Below are positions 13,150 through 25,780 of a stretch of 64,000 nt of DNA, piece after piece. Within the stretch, counting starts at the first letter, position 1; every line of letters starts with the position of its first letter. The notes below the pieces were generated by a model, which was not told the origin of the DNA, did not search any database, and was given only the letters and a program-made list of their open reading frames with translations. The DNA lies in assembly GCF_036321535.1 (NCBI RefSeq), contig NC_087437.1:74836001-74900000 (forward strand), read 5' to 3'. Source of the stretch: Camelus dromedarius. Lineage: Eukaryota. A program made the position numbers and the translations under genes.

Positions 13150-13860
13150 TTTTTTTTTATTCCTCCTATGCTTGACTCCCACGTGGAATCCATCATCAAG
13201 TCCTCTTCACACTCTTGTGTCTCAGTTCATCCATTTCTCTCCATCTCCACTGCCTCTCTTTTCTGGACTCCACACCGCCTCTAAACTGGGTTCTCTGCTT
13301 CCCATTCTTGCTCCCCTGTAATCCATTTTCCTGAAAGCTGCCAGTGTGAGCTTTTAAGAATGGAAACCAGATATGCCAGTCTTCTTGAAACACAGCAGTG
13401 GTTTCTAGTTGCATGAGGACCAAGTCCGAGCTCCAAACCACGGTGTAGGAAGGGCTGCACCGCCTGGCCCCCCCGCGTCTCCGCATGATCTCCCCGTCTG
13501 ACCACAGCCAGAGTGGACTGGACTCCTTGGCTTTCTTCTGCTTCAGGGGCTTTGTGCCTCCTCTTGCTGGAGTTTCCACTTTGGCTTTTCATGGATTTCT
13601 CCTCATCCGTCAGGGTTCAGCCTTCTATGAAGAGAGGGTCTCCCTGACCCCCACTCCCTTCTTCACCAGTTGCTCTCTCCTGTCACTCCCTCTCCATAGC
13701 ACCTAAACACAATCTGTGTTAGCATATATATATGTTTGTTTGCTTTATATTTTTCACATTCCCCACAAGCTTGAGCCCCCAAAGGATAAAGACCATGTCT
13801 GTCCACACTGGCATATAGCATGCAGGCAGTAAAAATCGCTTGAGTGAAATAGTACAGGAA
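13150..13860 (+). mobile_element. L2 3' portion
   Basis: ccatcatcaagtcct...ccatttctctccatctccactgcc through to an L2-like 3' terminus; boundaries approximate. Confidence 0.7.
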
Positions 13861-14667
13861 CTTGTAGGCATTTTTTTGGTCAAAATGATTGCAGCAACTT
13901 TCCTGAAGAGTTGTTTAGAAAGGCTTGTGGTTTAAAGTGCTACTTTAGTAAAGCATATCACCTACACTTCTCTTTTGCTCTATTTTAGATTTTTAAGCAC
14001 TTTCGTTTGAGTGCAGAACACCTTTTTGCAACAATTGTATTTAGTAGGTTTATTTTAATTACAAATTTGGAAGCTAACTGGAGTCAAGAGATCCCTCATC
14101 AGCATGTGTTTATAGTTTAAAATTCCAAAATAAATATATATATGTACTTTTTAAAAATAATTTTTTACCTAATATCCTGTGCCCTGAGGAATTTGGAGTC
14201 TTTGAGACATTGCAGATGATTATTCCTCCTGTACAAATGAGCAGATTTTTTTGATAAATGGGTCTCTCTTGCTTCTGCTACCTGTTATATTTGTACCTAA
14301 ATATACGATGAAAATTGTGTCCTGAACCTTCCCTTACTGCTGTGAGAAGGTTGCTGATCAAAATATCCACATCAGGAAATGAAAAGCAAGTGTGGGACCC
14401 TAAGAGCGGCTTGATTCCACCTATAGGTGACCATTCAGCCTTCAAAGTGTAGATAATGATGACTATCTAGTGGGTTCCATTACCCAGGACCTGGCACCAG
14501 GGGTTCAGGGGAGAACCATGTAATCTATAAGATTATTTAAGCAGCAGGCTTTTACAAAGTGAACAGATTCCACAGAAGAGTACAGATTAGTGGTGGAAAC
14601 AGGAGTGCCCCGCTAGTGTCACTGCCTGCAGATGGAGTCTTAGGGTCTTTTAGGGAGCTAGGATTTT

Positions 14668-14812
14668 GTTGTTGTTTCATTTTTTTTTTTTTTTCTGGAG
14701 GGGGAGGTAATTCGGTTTATTTATTTATTTTTAGAGGATGTACTGGAGATTGAACCCAGGACCTCATGCGTACTAAACGTGTGCCCTACCACTGAGCTAT
14801 ACTCTCCCTCCC
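14668..14812 (-). mobile_element. tRNA-derived SINE (camelid vic-1-like)
   Basis: Minus strand reads tatagctcagtggtag (A box) ... gggttcaatctcc (B box), then (taaa)n and poly-A; degenerate TSD tagggagctaggatttt / tagggggcctaagatttt. Confidence 0.85.
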
Positions 14813-15202
14813 TAGGGGGCCTAAGATTTTGATCAAGGTTTTTCAGAAATAATTTGGCCTTAAATAATACAGTTTTAATGAAAAATTCTGTGAGAAAACT
14901 TGAATAAATGCTTATAAAGCAATTACTAAATGTCACAGTTTGCTCTAAGGTCCAGCAAGGTCCCTAAGTCTGTTTTCTCAGGAGTGGACAGGCTACTTTG
15001 GCAATAGTGTTCTTAGCCCTGGCTTTGTGATGGAGCACACATACTTCAGAATCCTGACCGTGCTGAGACGGTTGTTTCTAGAATAACTCCCTAATTGATT
15101 CTCTGTCTCGAGCTGGAGAACATTTGTCTGCACGTGTCTTGAACCTTTTATATTGATTACGGAGTTGGTTTAACTTTGGTTTTCCCTCTGTTTCTTCATC
15201 AG

Positions 15203-15256
15203 CACCACTCACAGTTTTCTGTTTGGAGCACTGGCTGAATTGCTGGACAATGCAAG
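15203..15256 (+). CDS. MORC1: MORC1 exon 2 (TTHSFLFGALAELLDNA-R), GHKL motif I
   Basis: Acceptor tttcttcatcag|C, donor AAG|gtaaga, phase consistent. Confidence 0.96.
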
Positions 15257-15679
15257 GTAAGACTTATCTGTGAACAGAAGTAATTCAAAGGGACAAAGGG
15301 ACTTTATGACATTAATCACATCTAGTTATATTTAGAGATGAAAAGATGATGTCATTTCCCACCCGCTACCTGCTGGAATGCTTTGTGAGCTGATTTCCTA
15401 TAAAATCAAGATCTTATAGGAAAAAGAACAAGTGAGAGGAGGGCTCATTCATCTTTATTCAGTTTGTATTTGTGATCAGACTAGAAGTGCAGGTAAATTG
15501 AACATCTGTCAGTCTTTGTGTTAATAACCATATAATGGCAAATATTCATTTGAATGTTTTTTGAGTTTAATATCAGTATGTACTATATACGATAATTTAG
15601 ATTTGGGGTTGGGCATTTATTGAAGTCTGCATTGAAGCAAATTGCATAGTTAAGGAGAAAAGAGCTAACTGGTGTTGAA

Positions 15680-15890
15680 CTACTGTGTATCAGACCCTGC
15701 TCTAAGTACTTCATATGCAGTTATTAACTCGTTCTTCTTTACAAAAGTACTTTGAGCTGGGAATCATTATTTCCATTCTAGAGATGTAGAAATTGATGCA
15801 CAGAGAGGTTGGATGATTTATTCAAGGTCACACAGTTAATATTGGACAGACCTAGATTCAAATTCAGGCTATCTGGCTACAGAACTCCCT
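15680..15890 (-). mobile_element. MIR SINE
   Basis: MIR core-like: atttccattctagagatgtagaaattgatgcacagagaggtt...caaggtcacacag. Confidence 0.8.
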
Positions 15891-18563
15891 TGCCCCATTT
15901 TACTATCTCGAACAAAGGTATAAATGTTTCAGGAAACCTCTTTAACAATTTAAGGCCTGCTCGATAGTGTGTTTGTGAGGGTTTTCAAGGGAGTCAGTTT
16001 TTTGGCTCACTGAATATGGCATTAGATTGTTTTATGCTTGTGTTTTCCTACAGCAGAAGATTTTGTCTACCTTTTCTGCAGAAAGCAAAGTCTGCCTGGG
16101 AAGTAGTATGTGGTTGTTGGATCAGGGATCTCTGTGGGGAGATCTAAATTCCCTGCCACTGATTGATGACTGTGTTTCAATGTTTTGCCCCCACTTTTGG
16201 CCTTAGAAGGAAGGTGACTGAGTGTGACTACAGGGTGTAGTCGTTTAACTCTCTAGCAAGAACCTCCTGCACAGCAATGCTCAACACCAAGTAAAATGTC
16301 ACTAGCTCCTCCTTATACAAAACCCTGTAGAACTGATGGGATCACAGATCTCACAGGAAGGAAGGGAGGAGGGAAAGAATCAAGTTGGTTGCTAAGAAGA
16401 GCAATGGACTCAACTTAGGAGGCACTAACAGGGATGGGGCCACGGCACATGAGTGTTCATGGTTAGTCTGTCTGCAGGATATCAGGGTTTCTATTGTTTG
16501 TTTCTGCGCAAAGCTCTGAAGCAAGGCTCCTCCAGTATCCATTAGTCCTGTGTCCTACTAAATGTCCATTTTCAGCAACTTGACATCTGTAACAGTGAAA
16601 GAACACATTTGTCTATTTTGCCAACTGTCTTTTCTCCTGTGAAGTTGTTTCACTCATTCATTTATCAGAGGAGGGCAGGTAAAATCAGAATGTATGAGAA
16701 ATAGAACAATAGGCATAGTTGATGGAGTACAAGAGGATTGGTGATTGGTAAGGAAACACTGACTTCAGACTCGGGAGTGAGAGAAATGCGATCAGTAAGC
16801 AGTTCTTAGAGCAGCATTTGTAAACTGGCAGCCCCCTGACCAGGTCCAGCCTTTCTCAAGTTTGTTTGACTCATAGTGAAAGTTTGTAGAGTGTTCATAA
16901 AGAGTGAGAAGAAAAGAAGGAATCGTTCATAAAGTTTGAGAAACAGGAGTTGCCAAATTAAAATACCTGCATCCCATTTTTTTTTTTAAGATTAGAAGTA
17001 GCAACCTTGAGGCCACATTCCTCAGCGGGATCAGGTGCATAGCAGGTACTCTCTTGGGACCAGCCTCTGTCTTTCTCATTCCCAGTGTCCCCACAGTCAA
17101 CCTGAACTCCTCAGCTCGTCTGTCTTCAGGGGACACTGCTGCTTAGATGCTCGTAATTGACAGCAAATGAAGCTGTTGACGAGAATTACTCAAGATGCTC
17201 AGCTGGTCTCTGGAAGTCTTCATAAAGTCCCTGTGTTACTCTAAGGATTTATTTTATATTATTATATTTAGTATTTTGATGATCTCTGGTAGGCATCACA
17301 ATTAGAACTGAAAGGTATTAAAAGAATGTTGTAGAGAGAGAAGGAAAAATGTGGTGGGATAGAAAGGAATGGTTAGGGGACTCTTCCTAATACAACAGGT
17401 GTTCAGAGAGAAAGTACCTGGGCTCAGGTATGAAACTTATTATGAAATGTCTTATAATACTGTAAAGGTGAATGACTGTTTCCTGTCTTATCCCATGGAA
17501 GTTGTCTATGAAGAAACTGATTCTATGGAAAATCTTCGATTTTCAGTATAGTAGCATTTATTGAGCAGCTATTGTGTATGTGGTACTGTGTACAATGTAT
17601 ATTTATACAATGGAGAGCGTGATACCTGTGTGTCATGGGATTGTGGTAAGGATTAGAAGGGAAGTTTTAAAAACACAAATTCAGCATCTACTTGTGACAC
17701 AGAAAACGCTCAAGCAATGGCAATGGTAACTCCAGAATTTCTATGCAGGAGATGCTTAGAAGCAGCAGTTGGCAAGAGGAAGGAGCTAAGGGGCTAACTT
17801 TGGATCTAGACTTGTAGAATAAGTACAGTGTACCTACTCAGATTTATTTGGGATAGTTTTGGGTTGAGACTATTGGAAATTTCACAAGAGTCTCATATTT
17901 CACCCTCAGAGTCCAATGGGTGGTTATACTTCTGAGCTTCCTTTTAGACTCCTCCTTCCCTCAGCGTACTCACTTCCTCGTCAGCTGGACCTCTTTTCTC
18001 ACTGTCTTACTCGTTTCTCTCTCAGCCTTCACATGGAAACCAGGATCTTCTGGCTATTTCTCCTTTCCTTCTAAAGTTTTTACTTTAGAAAACAGTTTAA
18101 GAAAATACACAAATAATATCTGTGAATTGTAGAAAACTAAGAAAATAAGAAAAAAAGAAAAGGTACCGTAAGCTCATCACATGATACACATTACTTAATA
18201 ATTTTTTGTAGTATAATATATGATGAAAATCTTCAAGTGACTTCTGAATTATTCTCCAACCAGTTTTGTTCAATATTCATATATCCATTTTGTTGGGCAT
18301 TATGTGTAGCTTTCACTAAATTCCATCTCTTCTTTTAAATTTCTGAGTTCCAGGCTTTGTAACATTCTCAAATTATAGTGATGATAGGTCTTAGTCTATG
18401 AATTCAGGGTGAGACATTTTAGTAATTGTTTTTGAAGCAATTTAAGTGAATTTCTCTATTGTTGTCTGACAATAGATCATATATCACATGAACAATTCAG
18501 ATTAATGTAAATTGTAGAAACATAATTTCATACTGAAGCAATAATATTTTTATATTGTTTCAG

Positions 18564-18598
18564 AGATGCAGGGGCTGCAAGACTTGATGTGTTTTCAG
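18564..18598 (+). CDS. MORC1: MORC1 exon 3 (DAGAARLDVFS)
   Basis: Acceptor ttgtttcag|A, donor CAG|gtgagc, 35 nt, phase consistent. Confidence 0.94.
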
Positions 18599-19694
18599 GT
18601 GAGCAGATTTGCTTTCTTCCTTTTTCTAATGGAAAAGCCTGTAGTTATTTTGCTTTTATTTTATTTCATGAAATCAAACATATTTTATAGATTTTTAATG
18701 TAATCTAAGTGCTTTGTGATTACAGGGAACCTATGGGAAGCCAGGTTGAGAACAGTACACTCCTTTTGTGAAGTTGTTCACTTGCTAGAGGACTCATTTA
18801 CAAAATTAAATCTTCTAGGGTTTTGTGAAAGCGTCAGAGTGATTTGGAGCAGTCAGTTTGGCTGCCATGAGAAAACAGGTTTATTTTAAAATGCATATTA
18901 ACTTAATGATTATTCACAATTAAGTATACATCATTCCCAACTTATCATAGTTCTAAAATGCATAAGTGAACATGCTGTATGAATGCTTGAAAGCTATAAA
19001 ATTCAAACCAAGTATGTTTTCTTCTGCTGACTTCATTTTCAGTCATCAAGTATTTATTGCACTTTTTAGTTCATTTCATTAGAAGATGATGCAGATGAAG
19101 TTAGGTTTTGTGATCCAGTCCTGCAGTTAACATTTCCTAGAGACACACCTCTGGTATAAAAACTGACCTCCAACCCGTGTTCTGTCAGCTCTCCTGTAAA
19201 TATTGGCTGTTGGTCACAGTTGAGAGGATGTGGTCCCTGATGTAAATCCTTATCAGTAAAAAAAGCAATTCAGTTCAGTTCACTTTTCTAAGTGTTTGAG
19301 ATCTTGTGCCAGGTGGGTGCTTTTGGCTCATGAGGAAGAGAGACGTGGACATCTTGAGAGATCCAAGGAATCATAATAAATGACACTCTTCTTCCCTTTC
19401 TACTCCCACTTCACCCCACTTTCTTTAGTACTTGGCATTGTCACAAAAAATGGAAAAGGACCTTTGCAATTTGAGTTGAAAGTGGCACTTCTTTATTTAG
19501 GTTATTGTGTTTTGTGAAAAACTGAGCTTATAGTTTCTGGTTTTAAATTACCTATTCATGTTATAAAATTTTTTATTGCAGCAAACCACAATAAACCTAT
19601 CAACCTAGCAAACTGATTTTTCTTTAAAAAATAAAAATAAATAAACTAGGGCCAGGGCTTATGCACTGATAGAATTGGTATGAGGACACATACA

Positions 19695-19899
19695 TTTTTT
19701 TTTATTGAAGTGTAGTTGATTTACAATGTTAGTTTCAGGTATACAACAAAGTGATTCAGTTATACATATATATATATATTCTTTTCAGATTGTTTTCCAT
19801 TGTACGTTATTACAAGAAATTGAGTATAGTTCCCTGTGCTATACAGTAGGTCCCTGTTGTTTATCTATTTTATGTATCTTAATGTGTGCCTGTTAATCT
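19695..19899 (-). mobile_element. 5'-truncated L1 3' UTR
   Basis: Poly-T then attgaagtgtagttgatttacaatgtt, homologous to 1600-1884. Confidence 0.87.
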
Positions 19900-20644
19900 G
19901 GGATGCATAATTAATTGAAGCATCAGACTAGTTTTTAAATTATTTACTGAGGCCTCTGAATTACTTTCTAATCTTAAGTTTTCTTCCAAGTAACTTGAGG
20001 GCTATAAAATTCAAGCTAAATATGTTTAGCCATGGGTGTTTTAGTTGTCTTTGTGCATTAGTTCTAATAAACATAGATACGTATTCAGTACATTTTTTTA
20101 GTGCTTACTAAGTGGCAGACACTGGGCTAAGTGCTGAGTAGACACAGTGCCTGCTTTTAAGGAACTGGCATCCTAGTGAAGGGGTCTGTGGAAAATATGG
20201 TATGCATCTTCACTATTATGGGTAGAAGGCCCTTAGCTTTCATCATATCTCAGAGGCAGCCGAGTTCCAAAAACTGTAAGAACGACTAGTCTGAAAGAGA
20301 AATAGACACATGCACAGGTATTTGAATATACTATGAAAAGTGGGAACACAAATTACAAAGAAAACATTCATTATGGGCACCAGATGATGTGGAAGGATTA
20401 GGAAGACTTCCTGGAAAAAATCTTTTATGAACTTAGAGACCTAAAGGGAAAATAGGCCTTATCCTGGATAATCAGGGATGGTAAAGGGAGAGGGGCAGAA
20501 TGTGTAATCACTTGAATCTGGAGAGAACATAGGACACTAGTGGCATGGCAGAAATGTTCTAGATGTTCAGGGTTAGTCCAAGGAGGTTATTTGTGTGAAA
20601 GTGGAAGGGCAGGGGAGGGGGTGACAAGAGATGAGCTTGGGGAG

Positions 20645-21162
20645 TGTATTAGTCAGGGTTCTTCAGAGAAACAACCAATAGGAGATGGATGGATGGATGA
20701 ATGGATGGATGGATAGATACAGTTCTAGCTAGAGAGAGAGAAGGAGGGAAAGAGAGTGGGGGGCATTACTTGAAGGAGTTGGTTCACATGATTGTGGGGA
20801 CTGGCAAGTCAAAAATCTGTAGGGCAGCTGGCAGGTTGCAAATCCAGGCCAGAGCTGATGTTGCTTTCTCGAGTTCTAAATCTTTAGGGAAGGCCAAGCC
20901 TGGATGCTTAAGCGGGTTTTCTGTGTTGTAGTCTTGAGGCAGAAAATTGCTGCTTCTTTGGGAATCTCAGTCTTTGTGTTTATGGCCTGCAACTGATTGG
21001 ATGAGGCTGACCCACGTTATGGAGATTATCTACTCAGAGTCAGCTGATTGTAAATGTTAATTACATCCACGAGTACTTTCATCACAACGTCTCGACTAGT
21101 GTTGGACCAAACAACTGGGCACTGTGGCTTGGTGAAGTTGACACATAAGTTTAATCATCACA
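20645..21162 (-). mobile_element. ERVL solo LTR, MLT2-like
   Basis: TG...CA termini: tgtattagtcagggttcttcagagaaa and gttgacacataagtttaatcatcaca; internal (GGAT)n/(GA)n tract typical of MLT2. Confidence 0.85.
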
Positions 21163-21488
21163 GAAAGGTAGGAGAGTCAGGTCATGAAAGGCAAGCAAGA
21201 TTTGTTAGCCAGTTTAGGTTTCATCCTGTGGGCAGTGGGAAACCACGCTGGAGATATAAGCAGGAGACCAGTGAAACACACGAGTGGCTGCAGACCATCT
21301 GCACACCCTGATTCAGTGGGAACAAGGAGTTAGGGAGCTGTTGCTTTCATCCAGAAGAGAGATGGTTTCCTGAACTAAGACAGTATTGTAAGAATGGAGA
21401 AAGCGGTTAAATTTGGGAGACATTAGGAGGTGGAATTGAGAACACATGTCTGTACATTGGGTAAGAGGGTAGGGAACTTGATCCTGAG

Positions 21489-21579
21489 ATTTTTTTTTAA
21501 TTTTAAAAATTTTTTTGAAGTATAGTCAGTTTAGAATGTGTCAATTTCTGGTGTACAGCCCAATACTTCAGTCATATAG

Positions 21580-21658
<79 letters not shown>

Positions 21659-21681
21659 TTCATATTCTTTTTCACCGTAAG
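21489..21681 (-). mobile_element. Short L1 3' end
   Basis: ttgaagtatagtcagtttagaatgtgtcaatttctggtgtacagc; perfect 11-bp TSD ttgatcctgag at 21478-21488 and 21682-21692. Confidence 0.88.
21582..21653. repeat. (AT)36 microsatellite
   Basis: Uninterrupted AT run read directly. Confidence 0.95.
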
Positions 21682-22619
21682 TTGATCCTGAGGCTTTGAC
21701 TTGGGCAGCTGAAGCCTAATGAGTGATGCCATTATTACACAGGAAACACCAGAAAGAGGAGGCAGTCTGATACAGGAGAAGATGCTGTGGTTTGTTTTGG
21801 GCATAACTACTTAACAGATACTAGATATCGAGCTGAAATCCATAGTTTTAAGGAATTAAAATAAACATGGCCAAGCTTCAGGTTGGGTAGTAGGGAAAGA
21901 CTAAATTTTGAGGCTGTGGTTATCTGTATTCCCTAACTGGGATTTATAGAAAAATTAAGCACTGTGTATGTCTCTTGGGAATTTTGAGTCTTTCCCACCT
22001 GTTCACCAAAGAAATGCCCTGCTTTCTGCAAGATCCTTACATGAGAACTGTTACCAAGGGCTGTAAAATCAATTGTTGTAACTATGCAGGCTGACTTGGA
22101 TCAGGTGATTCCCAGTCCTGATCAACCTTAGGATAATTGGGAGGATAATTGGGAGGAGCTTTTATTCCTGAACCCCATCCAAGACCAGTTCATTCAGAAT
22201 ATCTCCTGATGATTAAATGTGCAGCCAAGGCTGAGAATTACTGCATCATGCAGAGAACTCAGTGAAAGTTGAAAAGCAGAGGAATGTTAGCTTTAGTCAG
22301 AGGGAGGGCTGGATGGAGTGTATACCTAGAGGGGGAGAGGACTATGCTGACACAGAAGTTGTGGGAAGCTGACCAGAAGACCAGGTGGAAAGAAGTGGGA
22401 AAGTGAAATGGTAGCAAAGATCCAAAGTGTTTGTAGACCGGAAGTGAATTAAAGAGAGGAGAGGGATTAGAAGTGGGTACATGGCCATGAAATGATAAAC
22501 TCAGAAAGCTTAAGTGTGCTTTTTAGATATTTATTTATAGACTATATTGAACACTAACTTTTGAAATGTGGGTTAGAGGTGACCATCGAACACAGTTAAC
22601 TTAATCAATGTTAGAAATG

Positions 22620-22885
22620 AATCTATAAGGATAGATCAGTAAATCAGTGGCTGCCTGGGGGTGGGGGTGAGGGTGACAGGGCATAGAAGGGGCAAAAAGG
22701 AGGGACTACAAGGGACACAGGGAAACACCTGGGGTGATGGCTATGTTCACTGCCTTGATTGTGGTGATGATTCCACAGGTATTTACATATGTCAAAATAT
22801 ACCAAATTTTACATTTTAAACATGTGCAGGGTTTTTTTTTTTTTTGGTGTGTGTAAGCTATTTCTCAATAAAGTTGTTACCAAAA
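22620..22885 (+). mobile_element. Ancient L1M 3' end
   Basis: atcagtggctgcctgggg...ggggtgatggctatgttcactgccttgattgtggtgatg...ctcaataaag. Confidence 0.78.
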
Positions 22886-23604
22886 AGAGATGTGCTAGAA
22901 TTTATATTTCCAAATGTTGAAATTACTTTGAGAGCCAGATTACAAACTGTGCATTAAAATTAGTCTCGTTAGTTTTGGTTACACCTTCAAAATTTTTTAA
23001 ACAAGAGATTATATTATGTAATTTAATGATATCTCTTAATCATCAAAATTGATTCCAAATAGCTACTTTCAAAAATCTAATGCATTTTCAAGAGGCAAAT
23101 ATTTGCTGCCACCAAGAAGCATGAGCAAAATGGCTCTTATGGGAATTAACACCTCGGAAGAGAGCCTGATGAATTTAATAAGAATGACCTGGATTGACTT
23201 TAGAATTAGTGCTTGGGTGGAAGGGCATAAGGGTGGATCAGTTTGATAGGGGTATCCCGGGGTCACATCACTGTCTCTTTTTATTCCCTCCCCCAGGGAG
23301 GAGATACCTGAAGTTGAAAGGAGCAGTCAGACTCCAGAGAGGGCATGTCATGCTGTATCCATAATTTATTACTGTGTACATGTAAAACATGTTAATTTAA
23401 AGCCTTTCTGTTGCGTGATCATTTTCCTCCAGCAGTTTCTTGTGAAACTGTTGCAAAGACGCCTTTCTGAGCCTCATCCTTGTGCCATAACTCTGTCATT
23501 CAGTGGCTGCATTTTAGGAGGACAAATAATTACTCGAGCAGCATGACTTTCTGACGAACAAATTAAGCCCAATATTTATTAGTAATAATTGCTTTCTCTT
23601 ACAG

Positions 23605-23673
23605 TGGATAATGAAAACCTGCAGGGTGGATTTATGTTGTGCTTCCTGGATGATGGATGTGGTATGAGCCCTG
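23605..23673 (+). CDS. MORC1: MORC1 exon 4 (VDNENLQGGFMLCFLDDGCGMSP), GHKL motif II
   Basis: Acceptor tttctcttacag|T, donor CTG|gtaagt. Confidence 0.96.
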
Positions 23674-24112
23674 GTAAGTTAATTATCTAGATACCTAACT
23701 GGCTGTTAGAGCAGTCTGAAAACCCATAAAATAAATAAAAATAAATTGAGCCATCTATACAGAAACAGGTATGGAGATATTAGGGGAAATAAACACCAGA
23801 CTTAACATATTGTTGAACTTTTTAGGTTTAAATATTCCAGCTGACAGAGTAAATTCATTGTAACCATCTAAAGCAAGACAAAAAGTGAATATAAATAAAT
23901 ATCGCCAGAAAAATGAAAGGCACAGGGTCCCTGTTACTTGTAAGGAAAAGGATCTGGAAATGAATGGAAAACAAACAGTAATTGGATGGACTGTGAGACT
24001 GTTTTTAGCACACTCTTCAGTTATTGCTTGTGACAGACATGAGACAGTTTCCAATGCCTTTAGGCTATTTAAATTTTTCTGCTTGACCTTGAGGTAGAGG
24101 TCACCTCTCCTT

Positions 24113-24259
24113 TTTTTTTTTTTTTTTTAGCACCTTTATTGTGGTATGATTCCTGTACAGTAGACTACAAATACTTCAGATGTACAATTTGATGAGTTTT
24201 GGTAGATTTATACACCAATGAAACCACTACCACAATCAAGACAGATAACATTTCCATCA
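24113..24259 (-). mobile_element. Short L1-type 3' end with intact poly-A and TSD
   Basis: Poly-T tract, AATAAA on the minus strand, TSD cacctctcctt at 24102-24112 and 24260-24270. Confidence 0.85.
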
Positions 24260-24959
24260 CACCTCTCCTTGTTTTTATTGGTTTGTATTTTTCCTCTGCA
24301 TGTTGAGAGATTTAGTTGCTTCAATTGAATGTTCTCATCATAATGAAAACATCTACAATTCATTGCATGATTTACCTTGTTATCTTCAAGGCTAGCAGAA
24401 AGGCAACACATAGTAGGTGCATAATACTGTGTCCCGTGGAATTGAGATGTTATTCCCTCAGATAAGGGATTTGCATTAATTGGGATAGCTTATCCCTGAA
24501 TTCTTATAACATTTGTGTATGTCCCACAAGCCAGAGATTTTGACCACTAGATTTAACAAATGATGAGGGAGTTCAAGTAATTTGGAAAGAATGATTGTTG
24601 GTGCTGATAGAAGCTAAGAATACAAAGTAAAACACTTTTCTTCTTCCAAGTCTCAAAGACCTCCTTGGTCTAATAGTCAGAATATTTGTGGTGTATTTTA
24701 AGGTAGTTCCTCAAAAGAAGCAGCAGCTTCTTTATATGGGTCCTCAAACAAAATGATCAAAACACAGACAACTGACAAATACTGTGATCCTCAGAAGAAA
24801 CTCACACTTCAGTTGACATATACAGTTATATTTTGAAAAGTCCCACTAGTGTTGAGAGAGCATTTCTTTATTCACATTGGAACTCAAGTAATAAGTTGGA
24901 AGAGTTTTTCTGATGACTGGAAATAGAAAATATCTGTTGCCTACCTTGAGCTCCATAAA

Positions 24960-25500
24960 TCTTGACCTGTAGAAGATGACTGCAGTGATTTCCAAACTCT
25001 TTTCACTTCCAGTCTTGCCCGATTATAGTGCATTCCGCATGCAGCAATCCTGAGTGGGTTTTTTCTTTTAGTAGATCATATTGATGCTGCTGCTTTAAAC
25101 TCTTAGTGGTTTTCCATTAGAATTAAATTCATACTCCCCAGTAACACTTCTTGCATGATTTGGCCTCTGTCCACCTCTTTGACCTTTTGTCGTCCTGCTC
25201 ATGCCTTTGCTTATGGCACTCCAGCTGCACCTGGCTGGCTCTTCATCGTTTGAATCTCACCTCGTATGACACCTTATGAAAGAGGCCTTCCCTGATCATT
25301 CTGTCTGTGGGCCACACTCCTGTTACTTCTCTATCATGTTACCCTAGTTTTGTTTCCGTCACTTAATTCTCTCAGAAATGATCTTGTTTGTCTATTTCTT
25401 TCAGTCTATTTCTCCAACCATGACATAAAGTTATTGAGGGCGGGGGTAATGTCTGTCCTATCCAATGTTCCATCCCTGTGCCCAGAACTCTGTCCACCAT
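24960..25500 (+). mobile_element. L2 fragment
   Basis: gaggccttccctgatcattct and catgacataaagttattgagggcgggg motifs; boundaries approximate. Confidence 0.65.
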
Positions 25501-25529
25501 ACATGAGAGTGTGTGTGGTGTGTGATGAA

Positions 25530-25780
25530 AACCATGGGATTTGGTCTTTTGCAACTCTGGCTTATAGCTCTGTGGGTAGCATTTATCAATGTGACCTTGG
25601 GCAGGTTACATAAATTCCTAAAACTTCAATTTCCTTATCTGTAACATGCATATAATAATGGTATCTTCCTTATAGCCTTGTAGGTTTGTTATAAATATTT
25701 AATAGTCAGTGCAGATGAAGTATATGATATAATACCTGGCACATACTGAACAGTAAGTGGTAGCTAGTATTATCATTATA
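25530..25780 (+). mobile_element. MIR SINE
   Basis: tgtgaccttgggcaggttac...ttcaatttccttatctgtaa...cctggcacata. Confidence 0.78.

Larger units (their letters stand above)
20080..21805 (-). mobile_element. L2 fragment interrupted by an MLT2 LTR and a short L1
   Basis: L2-like 3' end at 20080; L2-like text is continuous across the inserts (gagatgagcttggggag | gtaggagagtcaggtcatgaaagg). Confidence 0.65.

Noticed and set aside
14735..14810. tRNA-like sequence as a functional tRNA gene
   Set aside because: Followed by (taaa)n and poly-A, flanked by a TSD, with a diverged second copy at 41801-41914: a SINE.
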